Shown one piece after another: positions 13,010-24,927 of a stretch of 64,000 bases of DNA (position 1 is its first letter; each line of letters starts with the position of its first letter). The stretch comes from Octopus vulgaris (lineage: Eukaryota): contig OX597828.1 of NCBI GenBank assembly GCA_951406725.2, positions 39,990,001 to 40,054,000 on the forward strand, written 5' to 3'. Under the pieces are notes generated by a model that was given only the letters and a program-made list of their open reading frames with translations, searched no databases and was not told the origin of the DNA. The translations under genes and the position numbers were made by a program.

Positions 13010-13233
13010 CCCTTTAGCATTTAATCACGCCATATCCGGCTAAAATATTCTAGTTGTCTTTATGTTCAAACCAGCCTAAAAAACTGGCTTCTCACACCTA
13101 CCCTCTAATGTCATTTTAAAAATAAACAGTCACATCATTGAAATATTGAAGCTATGAAATAAGCCATGATTAGTTTAAACCATTGTGAATAAATAAACAT
13201 TACATTCGACAGAGTAATCTGAATGCTAAAGAG
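13010..13233. mobile_element. piggyBac-type MITE inserted into an RTE tail
   Basis: TTAA TSDs at 13006-13009 and 13234-13237; TIRs CCCTTTAGCATT / AATGCTAAAGAG. Confidence 0.85.
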
Positions 13234-13324
13234 TTAAATGATGATAAATGATGATGAGGAAACATAAAGCTGGATGAGGCGCTGTTAAGTATTATATATA
13301 TATCTATATATATATATATATATA

Positions 13325-13483
13325 TATGACAGGCTTCTTTCAGTTTCCTTCTAACAAATCCACTCACGAGACTTTGGTCGGCCTGAGGCTATAGTAGAAG
13401 ACACTTGCCCAAGGTGCCGTGGGACTGAACCCAAAACCATGTGGTTGGTAAGCAAGCTACTTACCACACAGCCACTCCTGTAC
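13325..13483 (-). mobile_element. SINE A 5' half
   Basis: Reverse complement of the A head up to the (TA)n tract. Confidence 0.85.
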
Positions 13484-14413
13484 CTATATATAATGATAAC
13501 AATAATTCTAGGTTGGAATTTATAAATATTTAATACATTGCTACACATGTTTCCACAAATCCCATGATTTTAACATCAGAGTTGGTATCCTTGGGATTAG
13601 TACAGTATAGTCCATATTGTATTATATGTGGGCATCTGGTTGATCATCATCTGCATGAATCACAGGTAGATGTTTATCTCTTCTTGCCAGTGTGGAGGCT
13701 AATCTAGCTATGTGTGTATTTCTGTAGGTACTTGGTAAGGGGAGGTAGGTAATGGCAAAAGAGGAAGGAATGGTAGTAATATGGTGAATGAGATGTGTGT
13801 GGTGGTGTTGGACTTATTTGCTATTTATTCTGCAAATTTTAAGGATGGTCATTCATTCAGCAGATTTAAGGATGGTGGTACATTTCTTTATTCTATTTCA
13901 TTTAAGATGTGACACCTCAATAAATTCTGAATCCAACAGGTTGTCAGCTTCTATACAGGGGGGTTTGTTTACCAATAGGTTAGTACCACCTCTCTTATGG
14001 TGACCTTTTCACTGTTTATGTTGTTATAATATGTATCATCTTAAACATTGGTATTTTCTTTTATTTGTTTGGATTCCTTCACTATTCTATATTTTGTTAC
14101 TTCTTTACAGAATATTTGGTACTTTTCGGTTAACTCACCCCCATTAAAAATTGGATTATCTCCCCACTGAATAATTGAGTTTATGAGATGACAAGAGACT
14201 GGATTAAAAAGGTAACAAGAATAACAACAGATGTCTTTACATACACACACACATCAAACTTCTTTTCAGTTTCTGTTGATCAAATTCACTCACAAGGCTT
14301 TTTGGTTGTCCTGGCACTAGAGTGGAAAATGCTTGTCCAAATTTTCATGCAGTGGGACTAAACCTAAAAAGCATGTTGTGAAGAGAGCTTCTTAACCACA
14401 TAGCCATGCTAGT

Positions 14414-14460
<47 letters not shown>

Positions 14461-16524
14461 TGTGTACACACACATGCACTGAAATACACCCCCACACACA
14501 CACCCTCTCTCTCTTATCAATACACATCTCTCATGTAAATAAAGACAACTATTTAGTGTATATAATTATAAAGGCCTATTTAAACAAGATGACATCCTGT
14601 TAGAATGGAGTGGTGAAGCTTTAATTTGTTGTGCACTATTAAACTGCTCTGTCGAACATCCTGCCACTTCAACTTTCTTTACTTCACCTTGTGTTTGTTA
14701 TCTTTTATCAATTCTACATCTATAAAACACCACACTAATCAAACTCCACATCATTTGAACCAAAAACCTACAGACTTGTCAGCCAGTTATTATTTCTGGC
14801 ATTCGTATCTATTTATTATTGACTCAATACTTGATATACATATGGATGTATAAAGAGGAATTACTCCGGGAACAACAACAACAACAACAAAGATTTATGA
14901 AGTGCCAGGCATTATTGTTTTGTTTAGCCATGGGTCAGCCTTGATCCAGTATATCTGCAACCAAAAGTGTTCTTTGTGTTCTGATATAGGAAGCAGATGT
15001 AGATGACAGTTCTCATGGATAGGACACTGGAGGTCTGGATGATCTCCAGATATGAAGAACATTTGGAACTCTAACCTCTATAGGTAACGCAAAGAAGAGA
15101 ATCTCTATAGTGACCCACCTTTATGAGTTTGAAACTTGGTCATGACCCTAATGTGAGTTTTTCGTTAGCTGCAATAGATCTAAGTTCAGATGCTTCAGGT
15201 GTCTTTTAGTGGCAGCTGGCTGCAGAAAGTGGTTAACAAGGAACTCTGTGGAGATCTCTTCAAGTTGACCAACAAACTAGCAGGAAGATGATTGCTATTT
15301 AACAGAACTGTTTGAGGTACCCAGAGTAAACTTCCACCCAAGCCATCATCTGAAAACTGACCTACAGGAGGGTAAACAAAGCTGTTGTGATCCTGTTCCA
15401 CTGCTAATGGCACAAGTTATGTACTATGTCTGTCATCATACTCACAACAAGTAGATGATGATGATAATGATGAGGATAATGTTGGTCTATTGAAGGTCTA
15501 TTGAAGGTGACTTTACAAAAAATTCTAGCGCTTATCTCTTACACTTAGACCTGAGTGTTCTGTCCCTTAGATTTAATCAATTTCTACAACAGATATGAAT
15601 TCAAGCTACATGGGTTTGTATATATACTCCCTAAAGGGGTTTTAAGGACCAGATCTTAGCTCTGGTTTTATGGCTTCAAGAAGATGAAAGTGACAGATAA
15701 ATTTCCTTGTGTCACTGATTTACCAAAGATGACAATTCCTTGGTTATCTTTTATCAGTTTCTTAAAACTGTGTCAACTAAGGTAAGGTACATAAAGCACC
15801 ACAAAATACCTCTGGTAAATTTGAACTCTGGACCTATAAGCAAATAGTGCAATATCTTCCATATTGCTGTGCTGGTGCTACGTAAAAGCACCCGACACAC
15901 TCTGTAAAGAGGTTGGCATTAGGAAGGACATCAAGCCATAGAAACCATGCCAAATTGGACTGGAGCCTGTTGCAGCTCTCTGGCTTGCCGGCTCTGGTCA
16001 AACTGTCCAGTTCATGCCAGCATGGACAACAGATGTTGATGATGATGATGACTGCCATATCACCTCTACAATACATAAAAGCTAAAATGTTACCCTGGAA
16101 GTTTCTTACAAAATCTGCAACTACTAATGAAATGAAATATAAAGAGTTGTGAAAACATTACAAGATGTCAGGATTTCATGCTGAAAGCAGAAAACAGATC
16201 TTTACGATTCAGTAATATCTGGGTTAATAAAACTGTATTGTGACAATATGTGTTCTCTGAAGTAATTAAACAACCACTGATTAAAATTTAAAGCACACGT
16301 GTAAATCTTGAGGTACATAACATATACATATCATTTGATTGATGGTAAAATAATGTTGCAATATAAAGTATTTATCCAACTCATGCTAACATGGCAAAAA
16401 CAAATGTAAAACAAAAACGAATATATTTGTTAGCATTTCCATGCAAGAACATCAAGTGCTCAAAACACACTTGTGTTAGAAGCATGTAGAGCCTATTAAA
16501 ACTGAAGTATTTCCTTTTGAGCAC

Positions 16525-16800
16525 TCATTATCTGTCAAGTTGGTTGTGGCCATGCTAGAGCATTACTCTGAAGGGTTTTATCAAGCAAATTGACTCTAGC
16601 ATTCATTTTAAGCCAGATACTAATTTTATTGGCCTCCTTTGGTGAACTACTAAGCATGGAAACATAAACAAACCAATATCAATCTACAAGTGGTTGTAAG
16701 TGTGGGGGGGGGGGACGAACACAAAGACACACACACTATATACATATATACACACTCACATTTGTAGACAAAATGTGTGGAAGCCCATCATATACATACA

Positions 16801-16840
<40 letters not shown>

Positions 16841-17021
16841 ATAATAATATTAGGGAGTATAACTCCAAACTTACAGGGAAAAATTCAGTTTAGTATTAAA
16901 TCAAATTTCACAGTATAAATATATAAAATATAAATTAGAGATAAAACCACTATTATGCAACTCAAACAGTGATAGATATAAACCAATACATAAATAACAA
17001 ATAATATCTATATCTATCTAT

Positions 17022-17070
<49 letters not shown>

Positions 17071-17405
17071 CTTATTTCATTCCCTCATTTAAATATATAT
17101 ATGTATATATTATTTGTTATTTATGTATTGGTTTATGTCTATCACTGTTTGAGTTGCATAATAGTGGTTTTATCTCTAATTCATATAAGTATATATATAT
17201 TGATATATATGTATGTATGTATGTATGCATGTATATGATGGACTTCCAAACATTTTGCCTACAAATTCACTCACAAGGTGAGGTGGGGTTATGCTACAAG
17301 AAGTAGAAAACACTTGCACAAGGTGCCATGCAGTGGGACTGAACCCAAAACCACACGATTACAAAAAGAGCTTCTTGCTTCTTAGTTACACAGCCATATC
17401 TGCTC
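16525..17405 (-). mobile_element. Old SINE A1 interrupted in its microsatellite by a Penelope-like foldback
   Basis: Tail part 16525-16800, head part 17235-17405; insert 16844-17190 between them. Confidence 0.7.
16844..17190 (-). mobile_element. Penelope-like terminal fragment with a 75-bp inverted repeat
   Basis: IR 16933-17007 / 17107-17181 (1 mismatch); first ~110 bp homologous to 18883-18992; embedded in (TA)n. Confidence 0.6.
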
Positions 17406-18837
17406 CAATTTCCATTTTCTTGTTTCATTCCCTCATTACCAGAAGTTGTAGAAATGTGTTGGGGCTTATTCCAGTGTTTTTATCATTTCAACTGTTTGAA
17501 AGTCAAAATTCTTTTTCTTCACAGGATGTCATATCATCAGTCTATCATGGTCGATTTGGAACTTAACACAGTAAACTAATGAAATATATCTTTTACCAGT
17601 CATACAGTCTGATACCTACAAGAGTGACCTTTACCTTCCTTGTGGTACCAACTTACAGTGTTTATATCTCATAGACACTGCACAGAAATGGTAACAGTAT
17701 CAAAATTCTAAAGATCCTCTGAATAATAAGGCCACTACTCCAATGGCAACATCAGTTGTAATTTTCATGCCCCACCCCCTACCAACACACACACAGAAAA
17801 GGATAAAAAAAACATACCAACTTCCTAGAAAAGGTCTCATCAACACACTATAACCTCTGACCCATAGACTTGCTGTCTCCTCTGCCTCTGTTTGTTCTAC
17901 GAAAATAGCCTCTGAACTAGCAGTACACTTCTGCCATCTAGGCCCAACCTTACACACTTGTCTTTTCTAACTCTTGTTACCCATACAGTAATGTCTCCAT
18001 AAGTGTTCTTGCTTTTTACTCATGCAATGACAATGACGATGATGGTGGTGTTGGTGTTGGTGGTGGTAGTGTTGGAGGTGATGATGATTAAAAGACAATA
18101 CAGATGAAGTATATATCAACACCGCACCAAATTACTATTCGTTGTGGTTTAACCCCTGGTCAGCCCTGATCATACACATCTATTATTAAAGACAATGACC
18201 GTCCAGTCCTCTTTTCTGCTGAGGAATAGTGAGTGTACAATGGTTCACATTATCCAATGTGACTCTCCACAATAAAGTTGGCAGGATGTGGATCAAGAAA
18301 GATTTAATTGCTGTTTTAGCAAGTCAACCTATCCCCCCACATGCTTCCTTATTGATTCATCAAAATAATATGGTTGACTGTTCAAGGTAAGAGGACCAGC
18401 TTTCCTTACATTCAGAAAAAACTCTGAGTTAGTTCTAAAGATGAGATTTTAGGTTCTTCGAGTATCTTTTAATGGATATTGGCTGTGTATTCCATGTGTT
18501 TGTATTCCTTCCTTATTTTGAGACTAACCGACATTGGTTTTTTTGGTATTATTTAAGGTATTCTTTTATTTGTTTCAGTCATTTCACTACCGCCATGCTG
18601 GAGCACTGCCTTGAAGGGTTTCAGTTGAACAAATTAACCCCAGGACTTATTTCTTAAGCCAGTACTTACCATACTTATCCTATCAGTCTCTTTTGTCAAA
18701 CTGCTAAGTTAAGTGGACCTGGACACACCAACATTGGTTGTCAAGCGATAGGGGGGAGACAAACACAAAGATGTACACACATAAATATATACATACCTAT
18801 GTATGTATGTATGTATGTATGTATGTATGTATGTATG

Positions 18838-18891
<54 letters not shown>

Positions 18892-19033
18892 GGGAGTAAA
18901 TCCAAACTTACAGGGAAAAATTAGATTTAGGATTAAATCTAATTTTATAGTATAAGTATATATTATATTAAATTAGAGATAAAACCACTATTGATGATAT
19001 AATCAAAATAAGCAACAAGTATATCCAGAGGTA

Positions 19034-19122
19034 ATGCAGTACGATCGTTTCATGCAACTCCATTTAATTGAACAATGCAAACATTACATCAATTTAAAAT
19101 GTAGAGCAATCTTCAGCTGCAC
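19034..19122 (-). ncRNA. Type-I hammerhead ribozyme motif, intact core, long stem II
   Basis: Minus strand: GUGCAG-CUGAAGA-long imperfect stem II-GAAAC-GAUC-GUA^-CUGCAU. Confidence 0.8.
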
Positions 19123-19236
19123 GAAAAACAGAATTTAATTAAATTTGAAGGACATATTAGTATAATTTTATCCAAAATCTCCAAGAGGATAAGGAGATAG
19201 ACAAAGAACATGTTTTACCAACAACACCACAGTTTT

Positions 19237-19325
19237 GTGCAGCTGAAGATTGCTCTGCATTTTAAATTGATGTAATGTTTGCATTGTTCAATTAAATGGA
19301 GTCGCATGAAACGATCATACTGCAT
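19237..19325 (+). ncRNA. Type-I hammerhead motif (GUA>AUA CpG-type change)
   Basis: GTGCAG-CTGAAGA(19243-19249)...GAAAC(19308-19312)-GATC-ATA-CTGCAT. Confidence 0.7.
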
Positions 19326-19430
19326 TACCTCTGGATATCCTCGTTGCTTATTTTGATTATAATCACCTTATTTTAAATTGTATGGATAATACTATACTAA
19401 ATTCTGGTGCCTCAAGTTAAGTACCATATT

Positions 19431-19950
19431 CATCATCATCATCATCATTTAACGTCCGCTTTCCATGCTAGCATGGGTTGGACGGTTCAACTGGGGTCTG
19501 GGGAGCCCGAAGGCTGCACCAGGCCAGTCAGATCTGGCAGTGTTTCTACAGCTGGATGCCCTTCCTAACGCCAACCACTCCGAGAGTGTAGTGGGTGATT
19601 TTATGTGCCACCGACACAGGTGCCAGACGAGGCTGGCGAACGGCCACGCTCGGATGGTATTTTTTATGTGCCACCGACACAGGTGCCAGACGAGGCTGGC
19701 AGACGGCCACGTTCAGATGGTGTTTTTATGTGCCACCGACACAGGTGCCAGACGAGGCTGGCGAACGGCCACGATCGGATGGTGTTTGTTACGTGCCCAC
19801 AGCACGGAGGCCAGTCGATGCGGTACTGGCTACGGCCACGTTCGGATGGTTTTCTTGTGTGCCACCGGCACTGGTACCACAAAGATACAAATTCCATTGA
19901 TGTTCATCTATTTTGATTTGTTTTGATTTTGATTTTGATTTTGATTTTGA
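19431..19950 (-). mobile_element. RTE LINE 3' UTR fragment with ~62-bp internal minisatellite and (GAT)n tail
   Basis: Reverse complement of about 34860-35212; GTTGGCGTTAGGAAGGGCATCCAGC motif; unit TTTATGTGCCACCGACACAGGTGCCAGACGAGGCTGGC... repeated 3-4 times. Confidence 0.85.
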
Positions 19951-20642
19951 CTGAATCTAAATTTTATATGATGATATATATACATATATATATATATACA
20001 CACATGATGGGCTTCTTTCAGTTTCTGTCTACCAAATCCACTCACAAGGCTTTATAGTTGGCCCAAGGCTTTATATGGCCCAAGGCTTTAGTAGAAGACA
20101 CTTGCCCAAGGTGCCATGCAGTGGGACTGAACCTGGAATCATGTGGTTGGGAAACACTCCTGCACCTTTAATTTACAGTACATTGTTTTTCTGTTTCTTT
20201 CTTTATGAAAACTGCTGGTATGATAACTGGTCCTGAGTAAGGAAGATTCAAGGAAGAGATGATGTATAAGAGGTGCTGGTGTGGCTGGCTAGGTGGAAGC
20301 ATGGCTACATGGTTAAGCAGTTTGTTTTCCAATGTGGTGGGTTGTAGGTTTAGTGTCACTGCATGGTACCTTGAGCAAAGCCTTGTGAGTGGATTTGGTA
20401 GATGGAAACTGAAAGAAGCCTAACATCTATGTGTGTGTCGCACTCTTTCGCTCTCCTTGTCATACAAGCAGTGTCATTCATTTCCAATATTCTGCGAGAA
20501 CATGCCTGGCTATGAGGAAATGTTACCTTGCTTGGAAAACAGGTGAGGGCTGGTGACAAGCCTGCCATAAATAAAATCTCTGAAGGAAGACAATGAGATC
20601 AATCAGGTAAGAAATACTGATATATTTCTAGACCAACACAAG

Positions 20643-20688
20643 GTTACTGCCTGATGAAATTTGATATGGAAACATGAATAGAAGTAAC
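20643..20688 (+). ncRNA. Decayed minimal hammerhead motif
   Basis: Stem I GTTACTGC/GAAGTAAC (7 of 8 pairs), CTGATGA, weak stem II, GAAAC-ATGA-ATA. Confidence 0.4.
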
Positions 20689-20734
20689 ATATCTATTATG
20701 AAAGGTGTACCAAATCACATCATCATCATTTTGA

Positions 20735-21010
20735 CATGCTGCTGGACTGGCTGCTGTGCAGGTGGCATGTAAAAAACACCATTTGGGCATGGCCGTTGCC
20801 AGTACCGCCTGACTGGCCCTTGTGCCGGTGGCATCTAAAAGCACCCACTACGCTCTCAGAGTGGTTGGCATTAGGAAGGACATCCGGCTGTAGAAACTCT
20901 GCCAGATCAGATTGGAGCCTGGTGTAGCCATCTGGTTCGCCAGTCCTCAGTCAAATTGTCCAACCTATGCTAGTACAGAAAGCGGATGTTAAATGATGAT
21001 GATTGATGAT
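20735..21010 (+). mobile_element. RTE 3' UTR fragment; similar pieces at 12016, 15870, 23214-23453, 43845, 48250, 59866 (-), 61955
   Basis: Homology to 34950-35212, ending in (GAT)n. Confidence 0.8.
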
Positions 21011-21159
21011 TGATTGTTCATGCTTGTATGGGTTGAATGGAGTCTACTGAGGCAGATTTTCTACAGCTGAATGCCCTTCCTGTCACCAACATTTACCTGT
21101 TTCCAATCAAATGAATTCTCACAGTATGTTAGAAATGAATGAATGAATGACATTGTTTC

Positions 21160-21310
21160 CATTCTTCTTCTCTTCTTATCCTTTTTGCCCCTTGTGGAGC
21201 ATGGGGCCTCAACAGTTGTTTTCCACTTTTTGCAGTCATTGGCATGGTTCTTGGCTGCTTCCCATGTCAGACTGGTGGTCCTGAGCTCGTCCAAAATGCT
21301 CCACTTCCAA
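21160..21310 (-). pseudogene. C-terminus of a second, old RTE-family ORF
   Basis: ORF 21061-21294: ELRTTSLTWEAAKNHANDCKKWKTTVEAPC resembles the RTE terminal 'W..AQDR..WR..V.ALC' motif; followed by a (GAA)n-like tail. Confidence 0.6.
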
Positions 21311-22377
21311 AATTTTGAAATCAGTTTTCAAGTAATCAAGAATTGGAATGTTGTAATGAAATAATATTCTCATTGTTAAGCTAGTGGCTTTAAGTTGGTA
21401 TTTGGAAGCATAACAAAAGATTCTAACATGAAATAATGGTGGAAGGGTTTTCTGTTAAATTCAAATACAAGCATTTAAAAAATACTCATATTTAAATTTC
21501 ATGCAGGTTGGCATCAAAGGGTTAAAACATAAAGAAAAAAAAGTAAAAAAAAAATCCAAGTAACCAAATTTTCAAGGAATTTTTAGCATGATCAAAGATG
21601 GCATCAGAGGAATTTGCAATCCCCAAGCAATATTCTTTCATAAAAGCTATTTGTTTTAAAATGTATTTAATATCATGCATCAAGCCCACATATGTTGAAG
21701 TATGTAATGGCATATCTTCTATTTAGTGCAGCATGTAGAAAACTGCTGCTGTAATTTGCCAACCATGCAATGCCAGCTGAATAGTTTAGTTTAATGTGAC
21801 AGAGATAAAATAATCTATAAGAAATAAGGTTCAACTTGATCTGCTTAATATCCTAAAAGCCCAGCTAGGATAATCCCAGATATCAAAAGAAAAGAAATTG
21901 AAAGGAAGCAGCAGATTAGCTTAATACCACCACCACCAACACCACCACTACTGCCCCCCTGCCCCACATCTCCATGCCAACCTCTGCCACTGCCACCATC
22001 ACTAACTCCCACCCCATCAAAAGCAAAAGCTAAAAAAAAGCAGTGATTAATCATTATGAATTTCCCATAGCTAAGCCTCAAAGCTAGTTCACTGTGACTG
22101 AGTAAAAAAAAAAAAAATGCAAAAGCTCAAATGCTTTGGTGCTAGAATCATAACCTACAACTTGTGAATTCAAATGCTACCGACTGTAAAACTATTATCT
22201 CTTTGAGCAATCATAGTTTCACTGGTAATATTGTCATATTTACATCACTGAACTGCCAAATTGGTACCCTGTAACCTCCACAATAGACTGGTGATGGTGG
22301 TGGCGGATTTAAAAAGGAGAAATTATCACTAAAGCTAAGACAAACGAATACATCCACAATCTTTCCAGATTCAAATT

Positions 22378-22855
22378 GGCACAGGTGTGGCTGCGTGATT
22401 AGAAGTTTGCTTGCCAGTCATATGGTTCTGGGTTCAGTCCTACTGCATGGCACTTTGGGCAAGTGCCTTCTACTATAGCCCATGATTGACGAAAGCTTTG
22501 TGAGTGGATATGGTAAACAGAAACTGAAAGAAGCCCATCATCTGTATATGTGTGTGCATGGATGTGTGTGTGTGTGTGTGTGGTGTGTGTGTGTGTGTGT
22601 GTGTTACTGTCTCTTTGCCTTGACATCACGACAGCTCTATACAAATGTTATTGTCACACAAGTGGTATCCTTCACTTTCAACAGTCTGTGGGAACATGCC
22701 TGGTCATGGGAAAATATTATCTTCAATGGAAGCATATAAGGGTTAGTGAGAGGAAGGGCACCTGGTGGCACCTGGTCATAGAAATTCTACATCAACAAAT
22801 TCAATCTGACCCATGCAAACACTAAAAAGTGAACATTAAAGTGATTGTAATGACA
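22378..22855 (+). mobile_element. SINE A2: family-A head with RTE-type tail; other copies 20297-20570 +, 28885-29322 -, 41420-41692 -
   Basis: 5' ~170 bp matches A1; the 3' part ends GAGGAAGGGCA...CCCATGCAA...AAGTGAACATTAAA plus GAT-like repeats, as in the RTE tail. Confidence 0.75.
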
Positions 22856-23175
22856 ATCTCCTTCCAGAATAGAAATATGTAAAGTTTGAAAATGAGAAAC
22901 ATTATTGAAATTGCAAACTATTTCCCAAACAATAAGCACAGGCAGGGCTGTGTGTGATAAGAAGATTGCTACCTAACCACATGGTTCTGGGTTCAGTCCC
23001 ACTGCGTGGCACCTTGGGCGAATGTCTTCTATAGCCTCATGCTATATATGTGTCTAATTAAGCAGACATGTAATCAAAAGTATTCCAGCTGTAGATTAAC
23101 TTATATTTTCTTCTAAACCAGTAGTTCTCCACTCTTTTGATCCTTATTTTACTCTACTGGACCTCTGTAGCCATT

Positions 23176-23216
<41 letters not shown>

Positions 23217-23452
23217 GGCCAGTCAGGCGGTACTGGTCGTTGCCAGTACCGCCTGACTGACCCTCATGCCGGTGGTGCGTAAAAACACCTACTACACTCT
23301 CGAAGTGGTTGGCATTAGGAAGGGCATCCAGCTGTAGAAACTCTGCCAGATCAAGATTGGAGCCTGGTGCAGCCATCTGGTTTGCCAGTCCTCAGTCAAA
23401 TCATCCAACCCATGTTAGCATGGAAAGCGGATGTTAAACGATGATGATGATG

Positions 23453-23497
<45 letters not shown>

Positions 23498-23498
<1 letters not shown>

Positions 23499-23813
23499 AG
23501 ACCCCCTTCGGTTATGACTAACCGTGGGATTGCACCTAGAAGTCCAGGCAAGGTTGTTTATGGAAGACCAGCAGTTGCCCATGCATACCAGCCTTCCCTC
23601 TCCATGCCACCACTGTTATCCAAGGGAAAGGCAACAGCAGATACAGCTTGGCACCTGTGACGTCGCAACTCATTTCTACAACTGAGTGAACTGGATCAAC
23701 GTGAAATAAAATGTCTTGCTCAAGAACACAACATGCAGCCCGGTCCGGGATTCGAACTAAAAACCTCACGATCGTAAGCTCGATGCTCTAACCACTGAGC
23801 CATGCACCTTCAC
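23498..23813 (-). mobile_element. tRNA-derived SINE family C; other copies 37560-37863 -, 52778-53073 -
   Basis: Minus strand A-box TGGCTCAGTGG, B-box GTTCGAATCC, CORE-like TTCTTGAGCAAGACA, terminal stem-loop. Confidence 0.85.
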
Positions 23814-23817
23814 ACAT

Positions 23818-23865
<48 letters not shown>

Positions 23866-23929
23866 AAGATAAATTAAATACTAAGAATATAATATAATAT
23901 TATATAAATAATTATAAAAATCATAAAAG

Positions 23930-24402
23930 TACCAGTTTGGATGTTTAACACACCCCTTTGAAGGATTTCTTTTCCTCTCTATATATACACAGTTTAAACA
24001 CAAACCTTGAATCTGCTACACTCTATATAAATTCCCTACTGGAATGACCAACTTTAAGAGAATCTTACATTGCTTACAAACTCTACATCTGGATGGACTC
24101 ATATTAAACTCTGTTGGACTTTTGGATTTTACTCAAAGGATATTGGGATATTACACATATATACCATTATGCCTATAAAATGGATTTACGAATTCAATAA
24201 CCATACATATCTTACATCTATTTTCTTTTCTCCACCTCACTCTCTATTTGTATCACATCGAAACTAACTATGACTTTTCCTCTCACACCGTCTCTGATGA
24301 AGGGATATTATTAATTAATATCCTAGAAACAGCTGTAAGACCTATCTATAAATGCTCTAATATCTATACAGCCTTGGTTTTTTATCTCATTATGCAAAAA
24401 AT

Positions 24403-24408
<6 letters not shown>
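23930..24408 (+). mobile_element. Penelope-like pLTR fragment
   Basis: AT-rich non-coding block between (TA)n tracts containing an HHR at 24290-24341. Boundaries approximate. Confidence 0.6.
24290..24341 (+). ncRNA. Type-I hammerhead motif with intact core boxes
   Basis: GTCT-CTGATGA-A-GGGATATTA/TAATATCCT-A-GAAAC-AGCT-GTA^-AGAC. Confidence 0.8.
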
Positions 24409-24451
<43 letters not shown>

Positions 24452-24460
24452 CAAAAAAAA

Positions 24461-24927
24461 TGGTGCTACTTTGGTGTGTGATCTACAAGGGAGATTACTT
24501 TAGGTTACTTTTTAGTTTACTTTTCAGTTTCTGAAAACTCGTAAGATGTTGGCTAAAGATTTTTACAATGTGATCAGTGACGAGATGAAGGCAGTTGCAT
24601 TTTTACAAGAAACCAGCACTAAATTCACATCATTTCTTAAGAAAAAGGTACCACTTCTGTGTGTGATCTACAATTTAAAGGGAGATAACTTTAGGCTTAC
24701 TTTGTATTAGTGCTACTTTCCTTGTGATCTACATGTGCAAGTTCGCTTTGGTGGGTGATCTACGTGCCTATTTTAATTATTATATGGTTTTCTTATCAAA
24801 ATAGTAAGAATTTTGAAAACATACATTTACAATGCTAAGTATCATCATCATCATCAATGTACAAAATAATTCAAAAAGTAGCCTAAAGTAATCTCCCTTG
24901 TAGATCACACACAATAAAGTAACACCA
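24461..24927. mobile_element. MITE with ~53-bp TIRs, superfamily unassigned
   Basis: TGGTGCTACTTTGGTGTGTGATCTACAAGGGAGATTACTTTAGG at 24461 and its reverse complement at 24873-24927; internal GTGATCTAC subrepeats. Confidence 0.8.

Larger units (their letters stand above)
18883..19430 (-). mobile_element. Penelope-like foldback with two inverted hammerhead motifs
   Basis: IR of about 130 bp at 18998-19127 / 19232-19361 (about 6 mismatches); each arm contains an HHR. Confidence 0.75.
18560..20166 (-). mobile_element. SINE A1 expanded by nested PLE foldback and RTE 3' UTR insertions
   Basis: Tail at 18560-18780, head at 20005-20166, inserts between. Confidence 0.75.

Noticed and set aside
19600-19870. 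CRISPR-like array, or coding repeats in ORFs 19465-19926
   Set aside because: Contiguous ~62-bp tandem units without unique spacers, inside an RTE 3' UTR of a eukaryote; no cas genes.
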